DNA of 64,000 nucleotides, taken from assembly GCA_012026655.1 (NCBI GenBank), contig JAAILG010000045.1:62001-126000 (forward strand), in the 5' to 3' direction. Positions 1-13,811 of the stretch are shown in pieces (the first letter of the stretch is position 1; every line of letters begins with the position of its first letter). Both the position numbers and the translations under genes were made by a program. Below the pieces are notes generated by a model, which worked only from the letters and a program-made list of their open reading frames with translations, was not told the origin of the DNA and ran no database searches. This stretch comes from Hydrolagus affinis (lineage: Eukaryota).

Positions 1-132
1 TAGTATGTCAAACTTTTTAAAAGACAAGAAACTTTTGTTTGTGAATTCGAAGTTTGCAATAGGAGATGTTCAGATGAAGATCTATCTTTTGTCCATTTGA
101 TGTTACATCCGTTCTGGACTCATGGTTATTTT

Positions 133-540
133 ATAATAATGATCCTTGCATTTAATATAGTGCTTTTCATGTCTTCTACACGTCTCAAAACGCTTCACAG
201 AATATATTGTAAAGTGAATTGACTGTATTTTTATGGATGAAATGTAGCAGCCAATTGCACACCGCAGTGTCCCACAAACAAGGCTAGGAATGGGCCAAGG
301 CGGAAAGACTGCGGGATGGAATTCCAGAGGTTTGGGGCAGAGTGGCTGAAGACTCACTCACCAATGGTGGGGCGGGTGGGTCGGGGGACATGGAGCAGGC
401 CAGAAGGAGCGGGGAAATGGGGGAGTTGGGGTAATGGAGTTTGGAACAGTAGAAGACACAGGCTGTGGGGTTCTGGATGAAACAGTTATGGATCGAAATG
501 ACCAATTTATTATTGTTTTAAAAAAGTGAATGTGGTATTT
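133..540 (-). mobile_element. Young Deu-type SINE, interrupted by an L2 fragment (281-479)
   Basis: SINE tail and Deu box (gcagccaattgcac..cagtgtcccacaaaca) break at 280 and resume at 480 (aaacagttatggatcgaaatgacc). The insert is GC-rich L2 ORF2 3' sequence. Confidence 0.8.
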
Positions 541-1386
541 AGGTCTTTTCCCCACAAAATGTCAATTAATAAGCAACTATTACTTCAGAATGAAATAATA
601 TAAACTTTCTGCTTTAATTTGGGTTTCTTTATACTAAATGTATTATAACAGTTATAAACATATTGGTCTGGAGTCCTCGATATTATATCTCCTGCGTTTC
701 CATTAACACAAACTAAACTAGACAAACTCAGTCTCCTACAGGCAAGTATGTCATGTCATGTCATGAAACCTTTTCAAATCTATCCTCTATGGCTCAGAAC
801 TAATTCACACATTCTTAAATTATAACCAAGCCTTCCTTCTGAGCTGTTGCCTGATAAAGTTGGAGCAGTTGCGAGCTGCAGCATGTTGACCTGAAGTAGA
901 GGGAGGCTAAGGTTACTTATTTCATTCATACATCATTAATAGTCATTTGGAAGATGTTGCCTTCATCATCCATTCCTGGGCTAGATTCAAGTCATCACTG
1001 GTTCGGACAGAATTCTCATTTCATTACCTGCAGTAACATAGGGATCACTTTTTTTTTTAAAAACGAGTAAATGGATTTGACTTGCACCCTTATATGTAAA
1101 TCTTCTACCAATGATAGAAAAATATAAATAAATACTTGGTTGATATAGAAGTTAGTTGGGTGCAGTTTGTGTAGCACAGCCATTTTGTGGGAGGCCTCTG
1201 GGAAGAATGGCCACGTGCAAGAGTCCAATAAAAATAAATCTCTGTTCCTCCAAATATATGTGCTGTTTGAATCTTTAATTGCCACAAAAAAATTATTACT
1301 ATCTTCACTTCCTCAACATTTCTAAATGTTTTATATTTAGGAGGAAAAAACTCAGCCATCGTTCACAAATATGGCTCTTGATAAAG

Positions 1387-1684
1387 AATAATAATAATCC
1401 TTGTATTTGATATAGCGCTCTTCACATCTTCTAGACATCTCAAAGCGCTTCACAGGATATACTGTAAAGTGAATTGACTGTATATTTGTGGGCAAAACAT
1501 GGCAGCCAATTGCGCATAACAGTGTCCCACAAACAGTTGTGGATTAAAATGAGCAATTTTTTTTAGGGATTATTCTCAGGAATGTGGAGTAAGGAAACTT
1601 GCCCAAGATTTAGCACTGCCTAGAATTGAACCCAGGTCTCTCACTTGCAAGGCGAGTGCTCTAACCACTGAGCTACAGGACTCC
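1387..1684 (-). mobile_element. Full-length young tRNA-derived Deu SINE (short form)
   Basis: Head GGAGTCCTGTAGCTCAGTGGTTAGAGCACTCGCCTTGCAAGTGAGAGACCTGGGTTCAATTC (A and B boxes), Deu box gtttgtgggacactgttatgcgcaattggctgcc, L2-like stem-loop tail, (ATT)n end. Confidence 0.9.
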
Positions 1685-2214
1685 ACGATTAACATAATTT
1701 ACATAGTTTATACAACCATGGAGGTTGTCCAGCCAGAACTGCGGCAGACATAAGAGTTTGGGCTGGCAATGGAGTTGACAAGCCACTATCTCTAGGTTTT
1801 AGCCCAAATTATTGAGGACCTCCCTGAATTACCAGACATATATCCTTATAGTCAGTTCAGTTCCACGGAAGCATCAATGTCATTGGCGTGATGTACTTCT
1901 GATTACCAGTAGGCGTTCTCACTTCCAAACTTCTTGTTGAGAAATTCCATTGAGAATATCGTAATTTAGATTCTGCTATTCATACCAATGTCAAAGGGTA
2001 AAAGGCTGAGGGGACTGGGATTCATTCCAACAACGTAAAGGTCCCCTGTTTCATTGAGCTATCATGCCATATGAGGAAATTGGAATGAAAGTGGATTACC
2101 GAAATGTGGGGAATGGGCTCAAACCTATGATTTCACACTCTGAGTTCCCAATCCAACCACTTTTCTGGCCAGGGTCCATATACCTTTCGTTGCAGCTGAT
2201 ATGTACCCCATGAG

Positions 2215-2570
2215 ATAACAACAACAGCTTGTATTTATATAGCACCAAACATACAACATGTCGCATAGCAAAGGAGATGCGACAGTTGAAGTGGGAAGTG
2301 GGGGAGAAGGTGGAGTCATCCATAGGTGCGGTCTAAGAGGTAGGTAATTAAGGTTTATGATAGCTAAAGAGGTTTAAATGCGGTGGGGGGGTAGAGGTCA
2401 AGGCTTTGGGGCAGGGAGTGCCAGAAGTAGGGGTGCAGTGGCTGAAGGCATAACCAGAGACCAGAGGAGAAGATAATTTGAAAGAGGATGGGGTCTGTGT
2501 CGTTTCACAGCACCAACAACAACATGCATTTATATAGCACCCTCCATGCTAAGTAGAGTCGCAAAGCATA
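2215..2570 (-). mobile_element. Degraded L2 3' fragments (two tails)
   Basis: (CAA)n followed by cttgtatttatatagcacc and catgcatttatatagcacc, with purine-rich L2 3' sequence (gtggctgaaggca). Confidence 0.55.
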
Positions 2571-5244
2571 GATTGTAGAGGGTGGTATCTGCCCAGGTTC
2601 GCACGAATCCACAGCCTGAGCACTGGTGTGCTACCACTTATACCAGTAAGAACGGTGTAAGGGAACAAAACTGAAAATGGGGCAAAAATAAGGGGTTTGC
2701 GCTGCCTTCAGATCCCGGTATATATTTACAGAACATGAGAAGAACGTTGGGCCTCATTCAGAAAACAAACAGCAGTGAAGTCACTCAATAGAGCATTAAA
2801 CCCAATAATTACATTGCTCCTCACAAAATATATGATTCTGCTTGTATTTTATGAATCATCTGCACATAGCTATCAACATGCTTGGACTTCAGTAATGCCT
2901 CCCTGCAGGGAGAACAGAACAGCTTCACAATAGGTTAAATTGCAACAGCAGTAAAATAAATAACTCGCAGCCTAATTTGACAGTCATCAGCTGAAATATT
3001 TTAGAAATTGTACTAACAATGATTTAGTGCCATTTGATTGTTTCAGGCTTCAAAGCTGAATCGGACAGCAATGACTATAAAAGTATATTAAAATACAGCA
3101 GGTTGGAGTTTCTTAGCATTTGGATAGATGAATCAGTTTCAGAATGGAGTTGAACTCAGTCCAGTCACAGCGTATTATACAAAAAGGGAGTAACAAGAAC
3201 AACTTTGCAAGACTTTCCTTTGTATTTGAAGCAGCAAGAGGCAGATTCAAATGTATTCACAATCAACCACACTCAGGACCATTAAAAAGGATAAAATATT
3301 TTTGCAGTCTACATTACATCATTAAGGTTTAAAAATAAACATGCACTAAGGAACATACTTCAATGTTAAACTGTGCTGCCACAAGAAAAACGTTTAGCAT
3401 TTGAGAGTTATACTGACAGGAAAAATATATAAAATGCACCTCACCTAGTTTCTTAAAGTACCTCAGACTAAGCATATAGAGAGAGAGATCAATGCACTTT
3501 TTGGAGTTCAGGCTATAATCAATTTCCATGAAGGCAGGACTTGAAATTTTTGTTGCAGTTAAATTGACACTCACTTGCTGCACATCTTAATTAATTAGTT
3601 TGGACAAGAGCCATACCTTTTAGTTCCTGGGACCCGCCACAGTGTTCTCTAAGTTGTTCTGAGGTCAGTTGACAGTAGATTTTCAGCTGAGGGAAAGGGT
3701 TGCAGGTGTGCAGGGGAGGGCGTGTATTCTTATTCACTGGATGACAATTGGTAGAAAAAAAAATCCCTGTGCTTCTGTCCTCAGTACGAGTCTACAAGCA
3801 GGTCCCATTAACTGAAGAGAATACTGACTGACACCCACACACCGGTACTCCTGATCATATGGTAATGATATATCCCCTGTATTGAAGCCAAAAAAACTTT
3901 ATCAGGCTTTACTGGATCGACCCGCCACCCCCCTCACTTTAGCTTGAGATCCCAAGCTAGTTAACCGATATGCATTGCTTCTTCATTACAACACACCCAC
4001 TGAGTCTTGACCTATAATTTATCAAACATGTCATAAGAACCATTTGTGAAATTGAACCACGTTAGCAATTTCGGATTCTGTCATGTCTCGAAGGAAAAAA
4101 GCTGCATTATTTGCTCAGTCAACCTGCATTTGAATGCATTTGTAGCAAGTAAAATTTATTGTAATTGACGTGGTTATTTTTTGGACTCTGAACCACAAAG
4201 CCCCAAGCTATGGAGCTGCAGAATGTTATGAGTTTGCACGCACAAAAGAAGTGAAGGGCACTCAGAATCTCCCACAGCCGTTAGTATAAAAAAAAACTGG
4301 GTTATAAAAAGCTTTTGGGAAACTGCCATTGAGTTTACATAAGGCGTCTGGCCGTATCTAGACGTACATTAAGGCCAGAATTGTCTGAAAAGTATTTATT
4401 GTGTAAAAATGCAGATGCCTGGAAGGTATAATCTCAGGAAATAAAGACAATACTTTTGCAATTTGGTGCACAATAAATTTAGAGAGTTCTCTTAAAGCCT
4501 ATCATTCTTTCTACAGTACTTAACACTGCAAATGGTTAAAAAGCCTGCAATTAAGTAAGATTTATGTGTAACACCCATTGTTTAAGATGTTACTGGAAAT
4601 TAACTAAATCCCAAGGCAGCAATTAAATCAAGTGTAATAGGAGTACCAAAGTACACTACTTACTACGTGTTCATTTCTTTACATCACTGAAGATTTAGTG
4701 CTTTGAAATTTTGTAATTTTTTAAATTAAAAAATAATTGGTGAGAGTTCGCACATAACCAAATGTGTCCAACATTTAAATGGGAATTTTAAACAAATAGA
4801 CCCATATGGAGCAGTTGGCGACCAGATGCATTATTTGGGGCCTTTGGAATTGCACCCAGGGGAGTTTGAGTTTAACCCATTCTGAGCACTAAAATGTGCG
4901 CAATGTTTCACTAACTAACTCAAACACCCTGCATAAACATTATACTTGAAAATATACCTCACAGTCAAAAAGATGAACTCTGGATCCTTGATTTAGGCCG
5001 CAGTGGTACAATTAGAACCCTAAAAAGTATTGTCTGCTTACTTTGTTGGCACAGTAACATAGAGCTTGAATGCTTAAGCAGTGAAGGAAAGACTTACTGA
5101 AAACTTAGAGGGGAATAATAAGCAGACATTTTTTTTTCTTTTATTCCTTGGCTTTAAGCATTCGGAAGTTGCATAAAGGATAGGTTGGTCTCAGAGTAGT
5201 ATTCCCTCCACAATATGTGGAATCCTGAAGCGTATTGATTAGAG

Positions 5245-5515
5245 TACTCCTCTCGCAAATGAGAGGACCTGGGTTCGATCTCCTGGGCAGGATGAAACGT
5301 TAAGGCAAATTTCCTTACTCCACATGCCTCTGTTTACATAGTAGTAAGCAGGAACCTGGTTGTCAGTCGATTAGCGGAACGCTTTTGCAAGGGGGTAACG
5401 ATTCTTTTTTAAAAAAAATGTGTTCACTTAATCCACGACTATTTGTGGGACACTACTGTGCACATTTGGCTGCCATGTTTTGTCCACAAAATAGCACTTT
5501 GAGACATCTGAAAGA
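5245..5515 (+). mobile_element. Young Deu SINE, long form, partly deleted
   Basis: B box ggttcgatc, CORE-like segment ggcaaatttccttactccacatgcctctgtttacatagtagtaagcaggaacc, Deu box. Confidence 0.8.
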
Positions 5516-7058
5516 AGCAAAGTCCGATCTCAGAACAGACTGCCTTTCCAATCCAAGCATATCACAACACTAGTTGTCCACCAGTTTTAATGTTTATATA
5601 AGCCCAATTCAATTAATCAGGGGATCAATATTCTAATTCATTACACGACCCAGACCCAATCAGTGTAAATATTTTTACTTTGAACAAGAAGACAATGATT
5701 TGTAACTTCTTAACTCAAAAACTATTTATTGCACTTCGTATGGATCAATTTTCAGCAACTGACTCCATGAGCCTAGATGCCAGCGTAGGTCAATTTGTGT
5801 TGAACTGTGGATCGTTTTTTTAAAATGACCTGAAAGGCAGTTTTCACGTTAACCTCTTGTGATGGGATCTGCCTGCGCTACTATGAACGACATTGGAGCT
5901 GTCTAAACTTTTCACAGATGTAAGAGAGAGAATGAGAGAGAAAACTTTCAAGCCATTTCACTTGTCTGAATTCAAGCAAAGATTCCAGAATGAAAGTTTC
6001 TGTTCACTGGTCCTAGTCTTTGATATTCATAGCAATTTATAGGCAGATTTCAATATGCATTTACTCCTTTGCTCATCTTGAATGAAGTTGTGATAATTCA
6101 TGCAAATAACATTAGCTGTCCAACAGAAGGAGAGAATTCCCTATTTCCACCCAAATAATTTTACTGATTTCAACAATCTATAACTTTATAACCAATAGAT
6201 TTCTTAATTTCTTCAATATCTTGATCTTGTCCTCTTGACATAAAATGTTCAACCTACAAATATACAATCACAAAATTGTTACAAATAGTTTGGCTGGAAT
6301 GAAGGGGCAGAGTAGGAAACCCAAATACGTGAATCCAAGAGGTTTCTGATTGTCTCATTGCATTCTTTTGTATAAAGTGCATGGCAGTGTCTGCTGTCTT
6401 CTTTGTCCTAGTTTCTATAGGCTTGCGTGCAGTTGGTTTGAGAAGCAATTGTTTTTCAGATCTCTGTGGTTTCAGTTCAGTTTGCAAGTCATTGGGAACA
6501 CAAGCTAGAGGCCATGTGTGTGGAAGATAGTGCATTCCAACATCACAGAAATATTGATCGTGAGGAAATTACATTGCACATCAGGAAAGTCCTTGGAGTT
6601 GAAAATGAGATTCAAAGTAAGTGAAAACAGTTTGAAATCTTTATTTTGTGGAGAAACATAATATGGGGATGGGTGGGTGGGAGGAGACGTGACGAGCAGA
6701 TTTCAAACATTATGGGGCATATAAACTATAACACAAACTATTTATGTCACTCAAGTCTTTCAGTGTTAGGTGTAAGGAAAGTGTTTATGCATTGAAAAGG
6801 GAAAAGCAATCTTAGCAGTAGCAAAATATGATCACATAAACACTTTATGCAGGACACTAGGACAGTTTAGGATCTCAGCTCAGCTTCTATAGAAAGGTCA
6901 GTGTTCAATCTTCCCTTGCAACCTTTCCATATTTCACATCCGACTGTTAGATCTTTCTGTGCATTATTCCATGATCATGTCAATGCACCGTATCAGTCTT
7001 TTCATTCTTTTTGACCTGCTTGGAAGCACTCATGGAGCCTTTGTTCTTTAAACTCATG

Positions 7059-7330
7059 CAATCCTGTAGCTCAGTGGTTACAGCACTCGCCTTGCAAGTG
7101 AAAGTTGGTTCAATTCCAGAGAAGGCGAAACCTTGTGCAAGTTTCTTTACATCACACGCATGATAATGATCCCTCGAAAAAAAATTAATTGTTCATTATA
7201 ATCCACGACTGTTTGTGGGGCTCTGCTGTGCGCAATTGGCTGCTGTGTCACCTACAAATATACAGTCTGAAGAGCTTGGAGACGTCTAGAAGACGTGGAA
7301 AGCACTTTATCAAATGCAAGGATTATTATT
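7059..7330 (+). mobile_element. Young Deu SINE (short form)
   Basis: tcctgtagctcagtggttacagcactcgccttgcaag head, Deu box, aatgcaaggattattatt tail. Confidence 0.88.
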
Positions 7331-7484
7331 AAAGAGATGGCTTGTTGTTTTACCATGCTGCCTGTAATCCAATCTATCATCCAACCTGTAAATTGGGAAA
7401 GAAAAGCATGGTGAAACAACAAGCCATCTTTTTAATAATCATAATAATAATCCTTACATTTGATAAAGCGCTTTCCACGTCTTC
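7289..7484. repeat. Local inverted duplication (arms 7289-7359 and 7405-7484)
   Basis: The arms are near-perfect reverse complements and include ~30 bp of unique flank (aaagagatggcttgttgttttaccatgct / agcatggtgaaacaacaagccatctttt). Confidence 0.85.
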
Positions 7485-7779
7485 CACTCCCCTCTCCCTC
7501 CCATGAATGATCAGAGTAACATAAATATTAATCCTATTCAAATTGTAAATTATACTTGGGAGATATCATTTAATGCAAAGGAACCCCAAAAAATTATCTG
7601 TCTCGCAAAAACATCATTAGGCAGATTGGCCTGAATGGAAAAACATCCCAAAAGTGATGCAGTTAAACCATTTCCCTGTTTAAATTGTACAAAAGAAAAG
7701 CCTGCAGTACTTCAATCGAGTAATTGGAAACCTGCCATTTTTGGATGTGGGGAAGAGGAGTGAATATTGTCTCTGCATT

Positions 7780-8175
7780 TGGCCTCCCCTTGATTCCCTG
7801 GCAACCTACATCTGTGACCTCCTAACCCCCTACCAACCTGCCCACCCACTCTGCTCAGCAGTCTCCGGCCTGCTCCAGGTCACCCGACCCACCCGCCCCA
7901 CCATTGGCGGGCGAGCCTTCAGTCACTCTGCCCCCAACCTGTGGAACTCCATCTACCTCCATCCCTCTGCTTTGCCCCCTCTCTGGCCTCCTTCAAGTCC
8001 AGCCTCAAGACCGTCGTCTTCGACAGTTCCATCAATCACCCCAAATCCTCCCCTTTCCCTCCACCCTCCCCGTCCTCGACCCCAGCTCGGTTCTGAAACA
8101 ATGATTGTCCAGCGCCTTGGGACATCCTCCTGATGTAAAGACACTATACAAGTGTAATTTTCTTATTGTTGTTGT
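7780..8175 (+). mobile_element. L2 LINE 3' fragment
   Basis: Translates YICDLLTPYQPAHPLCS...TIGGRAFSHSAPNLWNS (L2 ORF2 C-terminus). Tail cagcgccttgggacatcctcctgatgtaaagacactatac..(TTG)n. Confidence 0.9.
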
Positions 8176-10048
8176 CAGAGCTGACACCCTGATGCCTAAT
8201 CCGGATCTCTGAACACAACACATTGTGGAAATCAGTCAGGTTTATATCTGACAGAGCGTCAGACAATTATGTTTTGGAAAACAAACCATTCAATTTTGAT
8301 TGATCTCATTAAAACAAGTTCCAACACCGCCATCTAATAAATATGACCGGTGGTGGAAGCTCAAATAAGAAATAATGAAGGATGCCTTCAAATATTCTGC
8401 ACAAATCTAGTGTAGTATTATAATACAGTACATTATACCTGTAATTGGAATGATTATCAAATAATAATGGTTGAATTTGGCAAATCTTTTGTTTGTAGGA
8501 AAACACATAGAAAATTGGTTGAATTTTGTGTCAATTTTGCACATATAAAGAGTTTGGGGAATGTATCACTTTTGTATCCATATGTAAACACTTTTCATAA
8601 CGGAAACCTATGGTTTGTATGCTAAATGTAGAGCTGATGTCAAATTGGCCCATATTTCATTCTGTTAAGCAAAACATTTTAGCAAACGCGTTTCATTGAA
8701 TCCATGCCATAGATCCACTGATGCAAAAATGTCAGCTTTCTAAATCAAAGTTATCAAAAAAGCACTTTTTTCTTACACATTCCAGCCTTTCCACAGATTA
8801 TCTCATAGAAGGCTGACATTTGGATTAGTTGTCCCCATTATTCCAATTCTTTAAAAGTAGATTCTTGCATGCATGTGAGAGGAACTTTTTCTTGATATCT
8901 GTCATATGGATCGATATCTGTAACATGGGAAACCTGTTTCAGATACTTACTGTCTCATAAAGTGAAATTAAATGGGGATTTGTAAAACAATGTGTTGTTT
9001 TGGTTTTAATGTGGATCAGATGTCAACCCCAAAGTGTGGAAAACGCCTCCATTGCCAAGGGGAAACTGCTGCTGAGAATGTTACAAGGCACATCACAAGC
9101 ATTTACTAAGTTTATTTCAAATAACCAAAGCAGTTAATGGAAAATGAAAATGTGCTTTTTTAAATATATGTGCTCAGAGTTTCATGCTGGGTGGGGTGGG
9201 GGATGAAGTCTGGGGGAATGAATGACTAGCACAGTTTTATTGGGTCAATTTGTTTGGATAAAGTCAATAGGGAAAAACTGATCAACATTTTTCCATGATG
9301 CAATCAGTAGACATTGGCAGACTAATAGAAAATGAAAAATGCACAGGAATTATCAGTCTCAAAATTTCTATAAATTTGTGAGCTCATCTTCAACACAGAT
9401 TAAACACATGTTGCCTGCTCTGTTATTTTAGTAAGACATACTTTTTAACCAAATGCTCCCTTGCTTTTGATGATCTTGCCCTACGTAAATTAAATTCCCA
9501 TTTCGTCCCAATTTCCTCTGCCTCTCCTTTACCTGTTATTGATTAAATAACTGAACATAACCACAGACCAAAGTGTGCAATTATTTTGTGAGTGATTACT
9601 TCAAATGGGAATGATTTGCATAGTGCAAATATGACCTCAGCTCACTTGGAAGTTCAATGGCATTGAATCTAACCAAACCTGCACTGGATCTGTTTATTCT
9701 GAGACCACATTCATGAATGTGAAACCTACTCATTGTGGTGAAATCACACACTTCCCATCATCTTTGACTCAGGAATATGCAATCGCTTTGGAGTTTATGT
9801 CTTCTTCGTGTTGAGTCCTGTTGAACTAATTTATCTGCTGAATACAACATACATCTGGATATTCAAATGATGGTTTAGAAATGAGCCTTTGGAGTTGAGA
9901 GCTGAACTGAATTAAATCCAAAACTTGAGATTCAAACTGAATTCAATCCAAAATTAAAACTGGATTAGGATAATTTCTCAACTGTCAAATATTATGTTAG
10001 TCAGTGTCTGAAATATGGTGGAAACCAAGTACTGTATGTGCTGAGTCC

Positions 10049-10210
10049 TAATAATAATAATGCTTTGCCATATAGCGCCAAGAAGATGTACAATAGCCCT
10101 TCACAGGATAAACTCTGTGCAGTGATTGTGTGTTTTGTGGATGAATGTGGCAGTTAATTTATGTGCACCAACGTCCCACAAATAGCCATGAAGAATAGGA
10201 CCAATTGCAT
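10049..10210 (-). mobile_element. Older Deu SINE 3' fragment
   Basis: (TAA)n tail and a degraded Deu box (ggcagttaatttatgtgcaccaacgtcccacaaatagccatgaag). Confidence 0.6.
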
Positions 10211-13137
10211 TTGGTAGTTCATTTGCTTTCTGCTTTGATTGTTCCATTTAGTTTTAAATAATAATAGTAGGTCTTTCAGTTGGTATGGAGCCTTTCCCAC
10301 GGAGGCCATTTCACAGGATATACTAAAACTGGAGTGAGTGTGTATTTTGTGGGTGAATAGCGACATATTTAAAGGAGATACAGTAAATTAAATATATTTT
10401 AGATTCTATCTACATCATGGTTTGTTTCATTCACTTGATTCTATGGCTGCAATCTTGGCTGAAGGCTGAACAGAACTAAAATATAAATAATAATCCCCTA
10501 AAAGTAGTTCCATAAGATAAATGAAAGGTCACAACCTCAACCTTTTACTTATTTCCTCAATAGTCCTGACAGATACCAATCATTGTTCAACAAGCTTGTA
10601 ACTGTACGATTGTAATATGGTAATAATACACCTCCTCATCTTCCAGGTCAGTTTATGGTCACTTGCTAATGTGACAGTTACACATTTAGAAATTGAGAGG
10701 ATTCCCATACTTTCACTTGTTTCAACCGTAATTAAAAAGCAGAACAACAATGACAATTTCAACTGATATCGTGCTTTTAGCATTGTACCTTTGCCGTGCA
10801 AATTGCTGCAGCGCTTACTTGCAAAATAAATATTGTGCTTGAAGCACTTTAAGATGTATCAATGTGATATAAATCTATTCTTCTTTCTTCCACTGATTCA
10901 ACCAAGTACAGAGTGTGTTCTTTTTGTTGCTGAAGTAGTCTTATGGATATTTAAAAGGCTGTTTGATCAGGTGCATTTTGCATGAGGGTTAAATATCTGA
11001 ATGTAAGATGAGAAAGAGAGAACAAATAGAAGGAGATCCTAAGATGGTGCAGTGTTTACATAAGTGAAGCAGAACAGCAGCTGAATGGACGTGGGAAGGA
11101 CATGTGTGCGATTTCCCACATATCCTCATTGGGTGGTCTTGTAATTTCCGGCTGTGTGATGTGGTTATCTTTAGGTTTGACTGAAACATGTATCCAAAGC
11201 GAAAATGAACACTTTCAGAAGTTGAAGGTCAGGGTGAAGTGAGTGCACACATGTCTGAAGCTAGGTACCTTCCGATGCATTGCACTACATTACCAGTATG
11301 AATTTTCTGGACCATACAGTAGAAAATAGAATGACAGAACAGGACAGTACCAGACTGATAGGCCCAAAATATAGAAATCAAGATGTTGATCAAGAAATCA
11401 TCACAATGATTATATAGGGTGTCCACAAAGTCATAATAACTCCTGCATTATATTATATATTTATTATGGAACTAATTTTTGTGAGCGGAGAGAAGGAGCA
11501 ACGTATCATTTCGTCACAAAACCGTGATGTTTGATACGACATATGTTGGAAAACAATTAAAAAAAAGCTTTTTGCAAGTGCCACTTTAAGTGTTTGCAAG
11601 TCCAGTGGACAATACAGAGTTGTACAACTTTTAAAACGAACATATAAAAGTGAACATCAAACAAAAATGCCATACCTCATTGAATCAGATAATTTTTTAG
11701 TTTTAAAGTCCATTTGTTAGTTGTAATGCATCATGAGGTCTGAATCACTACTAGTTCCGAAGCTTTCGCTCTTCAGTACTGAGTAGGAATGAAATAACAA
11801 GTCTAGAATTTGAGAATGCCTAGCTGCATAGAAAGGGTTTTGTAGAAAAATGGGTAATCTAGACAAAGATCCAAATGACCATGTAATAATATTCCTGAAA
11901 GTGTCTGTGTGTCCCATTTATAGGCCAACATACAAAAGGATCTGTAGAAAAAATGCCAATGAACACTGGTTGAAATATATTCTGTCAACAGACTGCAAGA
12001 ACTGTTTCTTCTCTAGATGTCAGACACCCAGGATTAAAATCAAACAAGCCCTTTCTTCTTTTCGTTAAAGCGATTGGAGAGAAGCTCTTGTGGCAAAGGG
12101 ATCAGCAGCAGCGGAGAGTCCCATAGCAACCATTATAATGGGATTTGAGTAGACAAGGTTCAGAGACTGCGGCAGTCTCCAGACACCGGCACGCATTTGC
12201 ATAAAGCCCTTCACACAGAATAACATCTCAGACACTTCCAACAATGATGCAGCCGTTAAAATCCAGGAAGTCTGGAATTCCAATTGCCAGACCATTTTCT
12301 CAGGCCTGTCAGACCATTTTGCCTTCAAATTTAAGATCGTGACACCAAATACTATACTCCAGACTTGTATCGCCAAGCACTTTGCTTGCACCTTGATATC
12401 CTGTATGGGTGAATATTTATTCTGACTTCCCGTTCATTGTCAAAAGATTGCTTTGTTTTGTCTAGATTCTAGACCATCCAGAACGTGACAGACTATTGGA
12501 TGTGAATTTCTCTCACTTGCCGGCTTCCTTAAATAATTTAATCTCTTGCTTTGGGGAATTCTAATTTAAGTTTTGCTCCTTGCCATGAGCATTTTGATCT
12601 TCAGTCCTTACTTAGTGGGAAGATTCAAACAGCTTTCAGATGGTACTACTCAGCGATACATCATCATCAGCTCCACAAAGCCCTAACTATATTCCATCCT
12701 ATATTGAATGTTTATTTACACAGAACATGTCCTCAGAGACACTTTGATTGTATAGCTGTGTAGCTGGGCAGAAGTAGTATACCACAAAGCTAAATACTAT
12801 CACATTATGTTTCCAGGTGGCAATCACACATGGTCACCATTATAAGTTGTCACCATTAGAACAGATATCCAGCCTCTATGCTAAGGGAGTTCTTTCTCAG
12901 AAATAATTGGTTGGTATTGAGGTGAGACGCAATGAATTTGATATTATTTGAACTGAACCGAGCAATCCGTTGTGTTTGTAAAAGAAAGGAAAATTAGCCG
13001 AAAATCAATTGATAAATGAATAAACTTTCAAACTTCCTGGAATCTATCATAGGAGAATTAAACAAAGAAACAATCTGTATTTTCAGTACTAAATGTGTCG
13101 GGAGAACAGAAAACCTGCAGTTGGCACTGATCTTGTT

Positions 13138-13285
13138 GTAGATGCATTCAATAGGAAGCTAGACCTTCACATAAGGAAGAGGGAAATAGAAGAGTATGAG
13201 AGGAGGTAAGGAATGGGTGGAGACTCATGTGTAGTATAAACCGCAAGGACTGATTGGACCAAATGGCTTGGACATTCTTTATAAA
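13138..13285 (+). mobile_element. CR1 LINE 3' fragment
   Basis: gatgcattcaataggaagctagac...ggagactcatgtgtagtataaac..gactgattggaccaaatggc, a typical chondrichthyan CR1 3' end. Confidence 0.6.
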
Positions 13286-13329
13286 AAATTGTTATACCAT
13301 TGTGGCATTGTGTCTGCCAGATGAATATA

Positions 13330-13675
13330 GAATCCTGTAGCTCAGTGGTTAGAGCACTCGCCTCAGATTGATCCTCAGACAGGGCGAAACATTGGGCACG
13401 TTTTTCTACTCCACACGCCTCTGTTCACCCAGCAGTAAGTAGGAATCCAATTGTTAGTCGATTGGTGGATCGATTTTCCTGGGTTAATAATCCCTTCAAA
13501 ATAATACTAATTTGGTCTCTCAATCCACGTCTGTTTGTGAGACACTGCTGTGCACAATTGGCTGCTGCATTTCGGCCACAAAACATACTGTCAATTCACT
13601 TTACGGTATATTTTGTAAAGTGCTTTGAGACATCTTGAAAACGTGATAAGACGCTATATCAAGTGCAAAGATTAG
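13330..13675 (+). mobile_element. Young Deu SINE, long form
   Basis: tRNA A box, CORE-like segment, extra block ctgttcacccagcagtaagtaggaatcc..gttagtcgattggtggatcg, Deu box and tail. Confidence 0.88.
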
Positions 13676-13699
13676 AATATTGAATAGATCAGAAAGAAA

Positions 13700-13811
13700 G
13701 ATGCGGGTAGGTGGAGTTAGAATAGAAGATCAACCATGATCTTATTGAATGGCGGGGCAGGCTCGAGGGGCTGAATGGCCTACTCCTGCTCCTAATTATT
13801 ATCTTCTTATG
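13700..13811 (+). mobile_element. CR1 LINE 3' terminus
   Basis: agatcaaccatgatcttattgaatggcggggcaggctcgaggggctgaatggcctactcctgctcctaat matches the well-known shark CR1 3' end. Confidence 0.8.

Noticed and set aside
820-1030. Possible minus-strand terminal exons (for example cag|GT CAA CAT...QHAAARNCSNFIRQQLRRKAWL*)
   Set aside because: Short, unrecognised, and no linkable upstream exon.
1615-1684. tRNA-Ala/Val-like sequences (also near 7060, 24150, 33900, 60250)
   Set aside because: They are SINE heads: no 3' acceptor strand, and each is followed by SINE body.
9903-9963. Short tandem duplications (also near 48600 and 62280)
   Set aside because: Ordinary slippage duplications with only two units.
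12013-12410. Open frames on both strands (minus ORF 12065..12391 and its antisense)
   Set aside because: No recognisable homology and no consistent splice sites or phase; left unassigned.
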